This document shows positions 13,281 to 44,904 of a DNA stretch of 64,000 nt, piece after piece; position 1 is the stretch's first letter, and each line of letters opens with the position of its first letter. A program made the translations under genes and the position numbers. Origin of the DNA: the human T2T-CHM13v2.0 reference genome, Homo sapiens; assembly GCF_009914755.1 (NCBI RefSeq), contig NC_060940.1; one strand, 5' to 3'. The notes below the pieces were generated by a model. That model saw nothing but the letters and a program-made list of their open reading frames with translations. It searched no databases and had not been told where the DNA came from.

Positions 13281-13954
13281 GTCGCTCCGCAGCTGCTCTG
13301 TGTGTTTCTCAGCTGCCCTGTGTGTTTGTTTTGGTTCTGGATGGAACCAGCTCAGGCCCCCTGCCCTAGGTGGGGGAGGGAGGAGCTGCCCCAGCCAGGG
13401 GCACGTTTGTTCCCCAGTGTTTACTGGGGGCACTCCCAGCATGAATGCTGTGCCCATCAGCCAGGTTGGGGCGTCTGGGCCGAGACCTTCAGGGCAGGCT
13501 CCCCTTCCTGATCCTGGTGGCCCTGGCTGCACCTGGGCTGACCTGCTTTGCTTTGCAAACCCACCATTCCCCACTGTCTGCAAGCAGCTCCAGGGGATGG
13601 TGTAGAAGTGCAGGCTTACTGTGCAGAAGGACAGCAGCAGAGCCATCCCTCGTGGTCTCCTACAGCCCCACATCTGGAAAGACTCCAGCGGCATCGTCAG
13701 AAAATTTGCACAGCCCATGCCTGGCCCGGTGAGGGAGGCAGTGTGCCCAGCTCCATCTCAGAGCTCGGTGTGAGAGCAGCATGTCCCGGGGGAGGCCCTG
13801 TGCTACGGCGGGCTGGGGATGTTCTTGGCTCTCAAAGCCTTACCTTGAGTTGTCTGGGCTCCAGGAGCAAAAGACACACCCCTGAACAGCAGAGGACAGG
13901 GCAGTCAGGGTTGCTGCATTGGCCAGTGCCTCATGTCATGTGACCAGAACTGAG

Positions 13955-14348
13955 CCCTTCACTAGCTGTTCTTAAATTTTATTTTCCAAAAAATGGCATT
14001 TTCCAGGTGCCCCAGTCCTCATTCCTAAGGTCCCACCTCAGTTGGCACCTGTGCGTGTATATGGATACACTTTCCCCCCAGGGCCCTGCCTGGTATGGGC
14101 CAGGGCAGCCCATGAACTCTGGGCCTCACCACGAGGTTCTGGGTGAGGCCCTCGTCCCGCCTCAGTGCTGGCCCGAGCTGCCGAGCCAGGGCCGCAGCCC
14201 CCGTCTTGCCTCTGTCTGCCGGCTGCTCCCGGGGCCTGATCCTCTGGCCCCCACTGGGCCTGGGCTGCACATGGCAGCTGCCTGCTCACTGTCCTCCTCA
14301 CTCCCTGGCACACAGCTTCAGGGTGGACCAATCACCCAACGTCAGATT
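13955..14348 (-). other. ANKS3: ANKS3 terminal non-coding exon (3' UTR)
   Basis: Minus-strand tttttctttcag acceptor at 14349-14360, paired with donor CG|GTGAGT at 14468. Confidence 0.75.
13978..13983 (-). terminator. ANKS3: ANKS3 polyadenylation signal AATAAA
   Basis: TTTATT on + strand, about 370 nt into the last exon. Confidence 0.8.
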
Positions 14349-14479
14349 CTGAAAGAAAAAGCCCCGGTGAGAAGGGAGGGGGACAGGTGGGTGCATACCC
14401 ACACCTGCAGCCGCCCAGACAGGCCCTGCTGCTCCCACCACGCGGGATCCAGGCTGGCAGACACTCACCGGCCCGCAGG

Positions 14480-14556
14480 CTAGGTCTCCCGCCACTTCTT
14501 CCCGTTCAGCACCTGCAGCTTCTCCAGGCTCTGGGTCACTAAGCACAGTGCTTGCC
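14480..14556 (-). CDS. ANKS3: ANKS3 last coding exon (G)QALCLVTQSLEKLQVLNGKKWRET*; exon extends to 14469
   Basis: ttcctcag acceptor; closes the 1971-nt CDS. Confidence 0.92.
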
Positions 14557-14784
14557 CTGAGGAATGATGACCTTGAGCCTCTCCCGCCCAGGCTCAGGAG
14601 GGCTGGGTGGTGCTGCCCCGGGGTCTCAGCTGCAGGATGTGACCTGCCCCTCACCCGTTATGGCCCCAGCCCCGAGGTCAGCCTTGGGGTAGAGAGACAC
14701 AAACCCGCTTTCCCTGGAAAGGGGTCCCTTTGCCTCCCTCGGAAACAAAAGGAGCGCTCAGTCGTCTGGTCCCCGGAGACTCAC

Positions 14785-14868
14785 CCATCTCACGGACACG
14801 GTCCTCCAGGGCTCCCGAGAGCTCGGGGAGGCTCATGGCCTGCAGGGACGCTTGCCAGCCCTTGGAGT
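14785..14868 (-). CDS. ANKS3: ANKS3 coding exon (D)SKGWQASLQAMSLPELSGALEDRVREM
   Basis: cacag / GTGAGT boundaries; 84 nt, phase 1-1. Confidence 0.92.
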
Positions 14869-15428
14869 CTGTGGTGCAGGTGCAGGGACCGAGTTAGCTG
14901 GGGGTCTGCGTCCCCACAGGCCCTGCTTTATTCTGAGCCCATGCAACCAGGAGAACCTGCTTGGATCAGAACCTCCCTACCCGCCTGACAGTGTCTAAGC
15001 AACCTCCCAAGGCCGAGGCAGGGAAGCCCTGTTGTGCCCTTCCTCCCACAGGCTGAGCAAACACTACGAGGCCCGGGTCAGCCCGAGAGAAGGCAAAGCT
15101 CTGCCGGTGGGGACCCGGGTCTGGGCCCTGGCTGGAGGCTACAGAAGTCACTGGCGGTCTCAGCACAGCACAGCCAGCCAAGGCACAGGGCCTTTCTCGA
15201 GTACCTCCTACCCCTGGGGGATAGGCAGTTTTCCTGTCACAGGTGAGGAAGTGGGCTTGGGTCCCCAGGGCCCCCTCTTTTCCTTGGACTCTGGGATCAT
15301 GTGCACACAGGGACCTGGGAGAGTGGCTGCCGGCCGGAGAACCAGGCCAAGCCCACTGGGTCAAACCTGGCTTCAGGGCTCCCCCACCTTCCCCTCTGCC
15401 CAGTGCGGAGTCAGGCCACTGCTCTTAC

Positions 15429-15514
15429 CAGCTGGGGGGACGGCTAGGCCCAGAGTGGCTGCACCAGGGGGCTGGTCCTGCCTCACTCGAGATGACAGCT
15501 CAGCTTGACAGGCT
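15429..15514 (-). CDS. ANKS3: ANKS3 coding exon ACQAELSSRVRQDQPPGAATLGLAVPPA
   Basis: tggcag / GTAAGA boundaries; 86 nt, phase 2-1. Confidence 0.92.
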
Positions 15515-15878
15515 CTGCCAGACACAGAAACAAATATTGGTGAGAGCAGAGGCCTGGCCGCTGCAGAGCCCCCACCTCAGACCTTCTAGGGGAGGGAGGG
15601 GCTCAGCCCTGTCCTTGCAGCTGGCCCTCATGGGCTGGGCCAGTGCCCCATGAGGCTGCACTAAAGAGCAGGAGGGCGACCGGTGCAGATTCCCGGACCC
15701 AACTCCTGCCTGGGTCTGCCTGCAGGAAGGAAGGGCCTGATGAAATGGGGGTGGGGTGGCTCCAGACCCTGAAATCCACCCCTCAGTTACAAAATCAGGA
15801 GGAAAGGATGTGTGGGGGCCCAGGGGCCAGGTGGCTGACCACTGGAGACCCAGCCCAGGGCAGCTCAGAGCCACTCAC

Positions 15879-16051
15879 CGCAGCTGGTCCAGGACGAGGG
15901 CAGCATCCCGGGCCAGGGCCCACGTCTCCCGCAGCCGGGCCTGGAGGTCCTCGCGGGCGCGGTCCTGCTCCAGCAGGCAGCTCTCCACCACGGCGCGCAG
16001 CTCCTGCTCCTGACACACCTGGCCCCGCGTGGCCTCTACCTCCTCGCAGCG
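15879..16051 (-). CDS. ANKS3: ANKS3 coiled-coil exon RCEEVEATRGQ...LVLDQLR
   Basis: ctgcag / GTGAGT boundaries; 173 nt. Confidence 0.93.
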
Positions 16052-16251
16052 CTGCAGGGGGGTGGGGGGCGCGGGGAGGCTGGGAGGTGGCCGGTCAAGC
16101 CAGACCCTTGGCCACGGCCCTGTCCTGTGTGTGGGGCCCTCTCCCCACTGCATCCACCTGACCCCTCCACACAGCACCCACCTTTTCTGTCAGAGATGGA
16201 GCCAACTCACGGGTGTCACCCTGCCCCCCCATCCCCCACCCAGCCACTCAC

Positions 16252-16393
16252 CTTGTGCAGCTGGATGGCGAGCTCCTGCATCTCAGCCTCCAGCCGGTCG
16301 GCGTAGGCCAGCTCCAGGGCATCCCCGGGTGGGCGGGCACTGCTGTGCCAGCGGGCAATGGCGGACGTCATCTTCCTCTTGGGCCCAAACAGC
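16252..16393 (-). CDS. ANKS3: ANKS3 exon ending the SAM domain, LFGPKRKMTSAIARW...IQLHK
   Basis: cccgcag / GTGAGT boundaries; 142 nt. Confidence 0.93.
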
Positions 16394-16503
16394 CTGCGGG
16401 GGGAATGTGACCAGGATATGCCTCAGCGTCCCAAGAGCGCTTACATGAGTGGGAGTTTGCCCCAACCCCGGGCTGAGGGCCAGAGCGGCCCTTCTGGACG
16501 CAC

Positions 16504-16628
16504 GTGATGCCAATTTCCTTCAGGTCGCTCTCAGTGAGGGTCAGAAAGATGCGGAGGTCCACGTCCTGCTCCTCAAACACCTGCAGGTACTTCAGACACC
16601 CGATCTGCTCCAGCAGTGCGGCAAGGTC
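16504..16628 (-). CDS. ANKS3: ANKS3 SAM domain exon DLAALLEQIGCLKYLQVFEEQDVDLRIFLTLTESDLKEIGIT
   Basis: Classic SAM pattern; ccag / GTGCGT boundaries; 125 nt. Confidence 0.95.
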
Positions 16629-16849
16629 CTGGCAGGCACAGGGGACAGGTTGGGGGAGGTAGTGGCTGACGACGAAGCAGAGACGTTTTCCTCCACTCGG
16701 AGCCCCACCACTTCCCCAGGCTCAGAACCAAGACAGTGCCTTGTGTGTGGCGCCCAGGCTGTCCCCTCCTACTCTGGTGGCTCAGGCAGGGCAGGATGTT
16801 GCAGGCAGGTGAGTCCTCACACTATGGTCGGCCACGTGGGGACAATGTA

Positions 16850-17350
16850 TGTTCATCACCAGAAACTGGCCTCCTCCTCCCACACATGCTCAGTTCTGTG
16901 AAGGGACCATGGAGCTGCTGATCTCGACAATGCTTTGTAGGCGGAGAGCGCTGCCCTCTAATTCTAGAGTCTCAGTGTCGGATGTTCTGATTTCCACTTG
17001 TCTAAGCGCAGCTCTTCTCCGAGTTCACCTGTCTGGAGTTCACCGAGCTCCCTGGATGTAAGATCCGTGTTTCTGATCCACTGAGATGGTCAGGCTGTTT
17101 CTCACCCATCGTTTCTGCTCTCCTTCTGGAATGCCACTGTATGGGGTGGTGTCGGTGTGCTTGAGGGGGTCACAGATTTCTGTTAATTTTTTTTACTCAT
17201 TCTTTCTGTTCCTCAAGCGAGATGATCTCAGGTGACCTGTGTTCACAAGTTGTCTGACTCTTCTGCCTGCTCAATTCTGCTGTGAGCTCGTCTAGTGATA
17301 TTTTCATTTCATTTACTTTTCAACTCCAGAAATCCTACTTTTGAGAGTTT
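16850..17350 (-). mobile_element. Old L1 fragment
   Basis: ctgactcttctgcctgctcaattctgctgtgag...gtgatattttcatttca...ttcaactccagaa resembles antisense L1 ORF1 region. Confidence 0.55.
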
Positions 17351-17587
17351 ATTGCTTTTAATGGACAAACAAATGTTACTCTGACATTTTCTTCAAGCTA
17401 TTTTCTGAAAGAAACATACTTAGGACACTACCCTGACCAGACTCCACTCAACGTATGTTGAAGGGACCGAGACGTGTGCCTGCTCACTGAGCCAGGGGCT
17501 GCAGGGAGAAGCCGGCAAATCCAAGGCTCTACTGAACAGCAAAGCCAGTGCTTTAACAAATAACCAGCCAGGCCGGGCATGGCACCA

Positions 17588-17985
<398 letters not shown>

Positions 17986-18421
17986 TCACACCTCTGATCC
18001 CTAAGGTAATGTGTGGTCAGACGGACCACAGAAAGGAGGAGGATGGTGGCAGCTGTAACCATCACCAAGCACACACTGTGTGTAGTTCCTGTCTCTGCTT
18101 CAACCACATCTTGTCAGACTCCTGCAGGCAGCTCTGAGGTCAAGTGTGCTTTTCTTCTCCCCAGGCTCAGGGAGGCCAACTCCAGTATGGAAAGCAGGGA
18201 GACAGGTCCTTTCCGTGGAGAGGAACAGAGTAGAAGCGCTGCAGCGGGGCTGCCAGCCATGGAGCCGGCTGTGAGCCTGTGGAGCCTAACAGGCCATGGG
18301 GATGCCACCGCCATTCTGTTCTCCTAGCAGCGCCTGGCACGTCATATACACAACACATGCCTCCTAAGTCACAAAAAGTGCCGTCTCTGAGTGTAACCTC
18401 CAGTTTCACAAGCGGTCTTAC

Positions 18422-18586
18422 CTGGGGTCCTGAGTAGGGGGCCCTCTGAGTCTGGGGGCTGGACTCAGCGAGAAAGCCTTCCCTGTCAGTTGCAGCGCGG
18501 GGAGGCCACTGGCTGTCAGGATTCTTGGTCTTCATGTAACTTTTAGCTTGTTTGCGAGCTGAGCTTTTACAGGCATGATCCGAGTC
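18422..18586 (-). CDS. ANKS3: ANKS3 coding exon DSDHACKSSARKQAK...PYSGPQ
   Basis: ctgcag / GTAAGA boundaries; 165 nt, phase 0-0. Confidence 0.93.
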
Positions 18587-18627
18587 CTGCAGTGAGAGGC
18601 GTGCATCTGAAAGAGTGCGCGGGCTAA

Positions 18628-18711
18628 CTTGAGAGCCTTGGTGAAACCCCCACCCGCCACACAGGGGCTTGAGAGGCTTCGTGAAACCCCCCACCCGCCA
18701 CACAGGGGCTT
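18628..18711. repeat. Two-copy 40/41-bp tandem repeat
   Basis: gagagccttggtgaaacccccacccgccacacaggggctt followed by gagaggcttcgtgaaaccccccacccgccacacaggggctt. Confidence 0.9.
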
Positions 18712-18885
18712 CCGGTGCGTTCGCTGTCGTCTGAGAAGCCAGACCCTGGACACAGCACGTCCCAGTGCAGCACACACGTGCAGCAGCTGCTTCTTACATA
18801 CATGCTCATCTTAAAGTAACTGGGGGATGTCAGGCATCCCAGCCAGGGACCGGCTATGGGAGACCAAGAAAGAAAGAATCCGTAC

Positions 18886-18995
18886 CTCGTTGCTCTCCAC
18901 AGAAGCTTCGCTGCTGAGCCCCTGGGCTCTGGCCAGGCCCTCGCTGCTGCTGCTGCTCTGGACGGGCCCCAGGTTGGCACAGAAAGCATGTTCCT
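18886..18995 (-). CDS. ANKS3: ANKS3 coding exon (E)EHAFCANLGPVQSSSSSEG...VESNE
   Basis: ctcag / GTACGG boundaries; 110 nt. Confidence 0.93.
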
Positions 18996-19553
18996 CTGAG
19001 GGCGGGAAGACAGGGCGTCCGCCTGCAGCCCTCACCGAGGTGCTGCGCATGGGCGTGCCCCGGGCTGAGCCGCCTCCACCAGGGCACTCCTTGGGGCCTG
19101 CAGCGGTTGCTTCCTTATATTTCAAACTTCCTGCCTGTCCTAAACCCTCCCCTCTATACAGACGGGCAGGGCTTCTGTCTTTTTTGTTCACTGATAAATC
19201 CCAAGCACCCGGAGCAGTGCTTGGCACACGGTGGGCACTATGGAAACAGCTGCTGCACGGAGGTGCAGTTATAACAGACATTCCTACTGGGGCCTGCCCT
19301 GAAAGCCTCAGGGGCTCCCAAGCAAGGAGCTAAACCTGTTGCTGTGGAACGGCTCCCTTAAGCCGCACGGGGATGCTGGACCAGAAGCTTCTCCCATTCC
19401 TCACAAGAACCAGGGCCGTCCACACCTACCCCTTTCCTGTCCTCTGCTGGATGGCTGTGTCCAGCGCCAGGCCCAGGGGATAAGTGGGGATGGGCACACA
19501 GGAGCTCCAGGACCTGCCTGAGCCACGGGCCGGATGGGTGGGGGTGCACGTAC

Positions 19554-19694
19554 CCCGACTGCTGCTGCTGCTGCTGCTCTCCACATCCCGCTCATTGATG
19601 GGGGAGGTGACATCCCGGCAGCAGAGGCCCTCTTCTTCCAGGGGGTTCTCGCCACTGCTGTTGAAGGTGACATAGCCACGGGGAGGAGCCTGCT
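19554..19694 (-). CDS. ANKS3: ANKS3 coding exon (E)QAPPRGYVTF...VESSSSSSSR
   Basis: acacag / GTACGT boundaries; 141 nt, phase 1-1. Confidence 0.93.
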
Positions 19695-20307
19695 CTGTGT
19701 ACAGAATGGGGCCCATAAGCCCAGGGAACTCCAAAGTGAAACCTCCTCAGAGGCCGAGGCCCAGGATGGAGGCAGGTGACTTCCCAGTCATGACCTCACC
19801 TACTTGCCCCTGCGACCTGGCATGGCTCTATCTGTGGTGTGTGGGTGGAAAAGATGCTCTGAGGGTCAGTCAGTGGCCCAAGCAAGTGCCTGGTGGGGCG
19901 AGGGCTGGCAGCCAGGTCAAGCCTGGGCCCTCTCCATTTCTTTTCCAAGGGGAAAACGTAGCAAATGGTCAGCTGTATTTACAGATGCCTGACCAGAGAA
20001 AACTATACCATGAGTGTTCCTTTTAGCAGGAGGTAGCTAATGACCTCACACAGACACCCATCGACCACGTGTCTTTATGTCCCTGTGACCTTTAACCACA
20101 GGCGCTTAGCGGGCCTCCTCTGGTCAGTCAACCCCGGCGAAAAAGAGACCTGGCTGAGCAGGAAGGAAAAAGGCCTTGAGGTAAAAATTAACAACAATAA
20201 TATGAAATTACCTAACTCTACCTGCCTCTAAAACCAAGCAGAAAAAGGGGCATGTATACCAGGCAATTTCACTCCAGTTTTGCCCCTTTACATAAAAAGA
20301 CTGACTT

Positions 20308-21172
<865 letters not shown>

Positions 21173-22546
21173 TAATTACTGGCAAATAAAATATATGCAC
21201 TTATAGAAAATTTAAATTTCACAAGGTATGAGAAAACAAAAATCCCCTGAAATACCACACCTGAGACCACCACCATGATTACTTCTCTGTGGATACATAC
21301 AAAGAACCGCACACAAGCGGCTTCAGACATGTATGATTTTGTTAAAGCATTTGTTGTACAGCTATATAGATTAATTACCAACTCAGCCCCAGGATGACAG
21401 CTTCCTTCCTGTCCCCACCACACCTCAGGCTGTAGCAGGTGGCAGGGACCTTTTGGAAGGAAGAGACTCTGCCACTCAGAACGACCAGCCCGGTGTCCCA
21501 GAGCCAGTGCTCACAGCTCAGCGGACGGGACACGGGCGTGCCCTCATGCTGTGGTGGGGCTGGCCAGCAGCTCGAGAGAGGCCTTCCCAGTGGCCCAGTC
21601 AGCTCACCCTTCCCAGGATGATGGGAGAAGGTGGGTCTCCAGTTCCCAACCCAGCACCCAGGCTTGGGAAGACAGAAGTCTGCACATCTGCTTGTTCCTG
21701 GGGTCTAGAAGGGAATTCAATTACTGGTGGACCCCTGGCTGAAACACTGTCTACTCTCACTCTTCCAAGTCCTGGCCTCAAAGAGGCCTTGCTCCCGAGA
21801 AGGACCAGCCACCAGGCCTGTGAGACCAGCAGCCTTGGCCTGGCTATGAGTGGGTGACAGCCATCAAAGGAAGACATAACTCACACCTCCAGCTGAGCTC
21901 TGGGACAGACCACAGCAATAGAGAGTAGGCACCAAACCCAACTCCCCTAAAAAGAAACCCCAGCACTCCCCAAGAGCAAAACGCTCAACACCCTGGGGCT
22001 GGGAATCTGAGAATGAACGAGACTGGAAAACCCAAAGGCTAGGATTCTTCACCAGCAAGTCAACAAGCGGGCCCTCTCTCAGGAGGGTCTGAGTACAACT
22101 TCATCGCCCTGAGAAAACAGCAGGGCCTGTTTTCTTGGCCTCCTGCCCCCAGCAGCGCACCCGACCCAGCTGGTATGGGCAGGGCAGGGAAGTGAACTTC
22201 ACGCTTTGCCTCCTCCCTGTATGAGCCAACCCACCTATGTGATGAATGAAATCTGACCTTAGCTACATTTCTGCTGCAGGAGAGAAAGTTCTATTCCTAA
22301 ATTTAACCAACGAAAAGGAAACTCCAGGAGATAAAGCAAAAAACAAGAGCTAGTCCGTGACCAATGCATTTCCATCACAGGACTCAATCCTGAGTCTCCC
22401 TGAGCATGAAAGCTGGGCCACCTGTCCCGCTGCCACCTGAGGTCCAGCGACCCACATTTCAGGAGCCTAAGAGCTATTCCATTCTTGCCAACACAAAATC
22501 CTGGTATGCAATGAGAAAGAGCCCTCGGGAAACGCGGGCCACTCAC

Positions 22547-22705
22547 CATAGCGAGGCCGTGGGGCTCTGCCGCCCAGGCCAATGCCTGTGATCCTGGCCA
22601 GGGCTCGCGGTCCCTCGTGGATGCTGACACCCTTCTTCCGGCAAGGCCTCTGTCTCTGAGGAGCAGGGCAGGACTCGTCAGAAGAGCTCAGATCTTCGTA
22701 CTTTT
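22547..22705 (-). CDS. ANKS3: ANKS3 coding exon (E)KYEDLSSSDESCPAPQRQRPCRKKG...RPRY
   Basis: cacag / GTGAGT boundaries; 159 nt, phase 1-1. Confidence 0.93.
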
Positions 22706-22922
22706 CTGTGATCAAACACCAAGATTAAGATAGTGTGTTCAGTAATGGACTCATTTACTAATCCTTACGGCAAACTGAAAGAAAGTGACTGTCGCCGGTT
22801 TTGTTAAATTAAGGAGAAGGGTATCTGCCAGGGCATCACTTCTGAGAAATGCCCTAACAGGCCGGGGCGCTGCTCCAATGGGCCACAGGGAGCTGCAAAG
22901 TTAGTGAGGATGGGAAGTTTCA

Positions 22923-25030
<2,108 letters not shown>

Positions 25031-25039
25031 AGAAGGACA

Positions 25040-31300
<6,261 letters not shown>

Positions 31301-31502
31301 TGTACCACTCTCCATCGTAACCATCCTTATCTCCTGTTAGAGCAGGGGCCTCAACCTTGACATGTAAGCAGCTGGGGGAGGCAGAGCCAAATCTCAGAGA
31401 AGGTGGGAGCCGGGGAAGCGGGGGACATCTTTCTCTGCCAGGTCACCTAAAGCTCAAGGCAACCAGAGACCCCAGCAGGGCGCGGCTGGCAGGTGTGGGT
31501 AC

Positions 31503-31638
31503 CTGGGCTCCGATAGAGGCTCTTGGGCAGAGAGGGCGAGTAAGTGTCCATCAAGGCCACGATCTTCATGTGTCCGTACTGCTTGGCCAGCATCCGGGCT
31601 GTGGCTCCACTGTGGTCTCTCGCGTCCACCTTGACTCC
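31503..31638 (-). CDS. ANKS3: ANKS3 exon with the last ankyrin repeat, GVKVDARDHSGATARMLAKQYGHMKIVALMD...RSP
   Basis: cacag / GTACCC boundaries; 136 nt. Confidence 0.94.
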
Positions 31639-32163
31639 CTGTGAATGTCCGTGAAAGGGGGTTAGGGGCCTCTCCTTCAAAGCACCTGCCCTTCCTGGGC
31701 TGCTGGCTGGGAAGACAGAAGGGCATATGCTGGTTTCTGACTGCCTCCCTGTGTGGGAAACATCACATCTGCATGAGAAAGAGGCAGGCTTGTCTGCACC
31801 GCAGCCACAAGTTTTGCTCTCACTCTCTTCTTAGGGACAAGGATGAGGAGGGCTGGGGGCTGGGGAGTCATCTCCCACGCTCATGACCTCCCTTGCAGGG
31901 GGCTGGCAGCCACCATGCGGAGATCCCAGCCTTCACCTTCTGCGCCTGGGCTGTGTCCCACTCACTTCGCTTGTCTTCAAAGAAAGCAGCCTTTTAAACC
32001 AGTCAGAATGAAAGCACCATCCTCTGAAGCAGAATTCGTAACTTTGATCCAAAGCTCTATAATGTATTTACAGGTCTTGCAGCGCAACAATTCCACTTCC
32101 ATGACCCTAAGGAAATAACCCTAAATACAGAAAAGGCTTTAGTGCACAAAGATGTTTGGCACA

Positions 32164-41540
<9,377 letters not shown>

Positions 41541-42206
41541 ACAGAAATACAACATACAGAAATAACTGCAAATGTATTAAAGCTATGTGTAAAAGGATAT
41601 TCCCGGAACACTGTTTATAATTGCAAAATGTTAAAAACTAAGTTTCTACTAATAAGAAACTCATTAAATTAACTGAGGCAGATTGTACACGGAATACTGT
41701 ACAAAGATAAGATGTCTATAAGATGTCTCTAAGTTACAGACTATACGTAGAATCCCACTTTGTTCAAAACACAAAGCAATGTGCACACACTTGCCTACAG
41801 ACACATCTTTCCACAGCAGAGGAAAAGTCCTAGGGCAGCTCTTTCTCAAACCAAGTGGGCATCAGGGAGGTTGAAAAAGAGAGGAGGATCTCTGCCTTCT
41901 TATTCTATATAATTTTTCTAAGTGACAGGATTATGAGTGCTATTTACTTTTAAAATATTTTTCCATAATTTTCAGATAGTATTTTCAAAATTATTACAGG
42001 AATAGGTGTCTATTTCTACTCACCACTGTATCCTTAATGCCTAAGCACCACTCAACACCGGGCGTCAATAGATAATGAAAATGTGTTGAATAAATGAATG
42101 AAAGTTATTTCTGTGCAAAGGAAAATTCTGTAATAGCTTATACTTCAGTAATATGATTCCTCATTTGCCGTGACTACATTACATGCTAATAATCAGGGTC
42201 ACTTAC

Positions 42207-42288
42207 GTGATTCAGAAAATACTGCACGATTATCTCATGGCCAGCAGCAGCTGCTTCCATCAAGGGAGTAAATCCACATATCGGCTCC
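42207..42288 (-). CDS. ANKS3: ANKS3 ankyrin exon EPICGFTPLMEAAAAGHEIIVQYFLNH
   Basis: ttgcag / GTAAGT boundaries; 82 nt; TPLxxA ankyrin motif. Confidence 0.94.
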
Positions 42289-43114
42289 CTGCAAGATGTG
42301 GGCCACAGTCAGATGATTGGAAGAGACAAGTTCCGCCAGGCAAAAACTCCCTGCTGAAGATAAACCCTGAGCAGTGCACGAGTCACCGATCCCTAAGCGT
42401 AGAACACTGTCCCTTTCCAGAATTAACAGGTGACATGAGAACAGTGAATATAACACATCAGCTCCATTTACTCTTCTGGTGTCTGTCCCCAGGGCTGGTC
42501 TTTGTCCTAAAGACAGATGTCTGCCTGTCGTCCCACCTGTTGGCTATTCCCACTGGCTACCTCTGAAATCTCCACCTCAATCATATTCAAAAAGCTGTTC
42601 TAATTCCTCACAGAAAGCCAGCATCTCCCATCCATTCATCCAAATCCTGGCTTCAAGTTCAACGTCCTCCATGAACCCACTCTGAAAAGTTCAAGTACTA
42701 ATGATCTAAGCTATCTTTGCCACGCTTAGCTCCTGAAGCTTGCTTTTCATGCTTGGTTATGCTAACTCGGCACTGTCTTCAGAGGGCTTCCAAATCCCTC
42801 CTTGTCTCATGCTGGTTTGGAAGTCAGGAACCATGCATGGGAAATGCTGGTTTTCATCCATCTTAAGACACACAGTGTTCATATTTTAACATCTCTCAAG
42901 TCAGAAAACATCTTTAAATCAACAGGCGAGTTGAATGTTAATTAGTAGCATATTTTTTCTTTCTTAGTGGCATACAAAATTATCAGGTGTCTTAGAATGA
43001 ATGACAGCCAGGGTGGGTGCTGCATTGGTACCCGCTGCGTTTGTTCAAAGGTGATTATTATCATGACAAGCTTTAGACAACAATCCCACTTCCAACTTAT
43101 AAAACTCATGACTG

Positions 43115-43732
<618 letters not shown>

Positions 43733-44115
43733 TCATGACTGTTTCAAAGCATCACCTCACCTCATCCATACAAAAAGCAAGAAAATGGAAGGAATTTGCA
43801 TGTAATGTATGACATTTAAATGCCATTCAGTATGTTAGGCCCCTGGCATACAATAAAACATGTAATTCTTACAACTGTATGACCCAGGTGGGTTTCAGAT
43901 AAAGAAAACGAAGCTGAGAGGGCTTGAAGAGATGCATCTCACAGATGTACGAAAAGGCCTGTGCCTGGAAGGACTCTGGTCCTACCCCTCATCTTGAGCC
44001 TCTCGTGCCGAAGCAGGGTGGCCCTAAACTCTGGTTAGCTGCCTCCAGAGCCACCCTCCTTAGAGTCAGATGACACCTAGGCCACTCCTGTGGCCACTAA
44101 AGATGTGGCAATCAC

Positions 44116-44237
44116 CTCACGTTGGCATTGGCTCCACTGTCCAAGAGGAACCTGACCATGTGCTGGTGCCCGGCGCTGGTACAGTGGAAGAGGGCTGTCC
44201 AGCCCTGGATGTCTTTCATTTCTAGCTCTGCACCTTG
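44116..44237 (-). CDS. ANKS3: ANKS3 ankyrin exon QGAELEMKDIQGWTALFHCTSAGHQHMVRFLLDSGANANVR
   Basis: ttgaag / GTGATT boundaries; 122 nt. Confidence 0.93.
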
Positions 44238-44435
44238 CTTCAAGAGAACACAGAACGTGCGTTACGGCCTCATCTCCTCTGCGTGGGGCGGGCGCCCTCC
44301 AGGCGGCCATGCTGCAAGAATCAGAAGTGATTACACGAGCACACACGAACACCGTGGCCTGCAGTGGTTCGCATCTCTGTCAGGGTGGCCACGGAGCCCC
44401 TCAGGTTTCTGGGCCTGAGTTCCCTCGTAGCTCAC

Positions 44436-44634
44436 CTGGAGAAGAAAGTAGGCGATGCTCTCGTTGCCACAGCTGGAGGCCAGCATCAGTGGAGTCTGCC
44501 CTTCTGGGGTCGGCACATTCACACTCACCCCCGCCTCAAGCAGCAGGTGCACGATTGTGTCGTGGCCAATGTAGGAGGCATACATCAGCGGGGTCCAGCC
44601 ACCACCATTCTTCTTATTCAAATCTAACTCTCTC
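44436..44634 (-). CDS. ANKS3: ANKS3 ankyrin exon RELDLNKKNGGGWTPLMYASY...GQTPLMLASSCGNESIAYFLLQ
   Basis: gtttag / GTGAGC boundaries; 199 nt; two ankyrin TPLM motifs. Confidence 0.95.
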
Positions 44635-44904
44635 CTAAACAAACGCAAGATATGCTAGACATGGCCAGCCGCCTCGCATGTGGGGTTCACCAAAGCTGGT
44701 GGCGAGGCTAGGCCAGGCGGGATGAGTTGACAGGAAGCAGAAGTTATCTGCCACCCTGGACGTTGTGGGGATTGGAGGCAGGCAGGCAGAAAAATGCTGA
44801 CAGTTGCTCGTACACTGCCTTGTGAGGCCCTGAGCCTTCGTCTCCTTGCTCTGATTTCGCATCCTCCTAGCCCAAGGCCAGCTATGCTCTTTCACACCAC
44901 CAGA

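Noticed and set aside
14927-14932. Minus-strand intronic AATAAA in ANKS3 as a truncating poly(A) site
   Set aside because: Only about 60 nt from the next acceptor and without a clear GU-rich downstream element; a hexamer alone is insufficient
16441-16503. Alternative minus-strand donor GTAAGC extending the ANKS3 SAM exon
   Set aside because: It would leave an intron of about 51 nt, below the usual minimum
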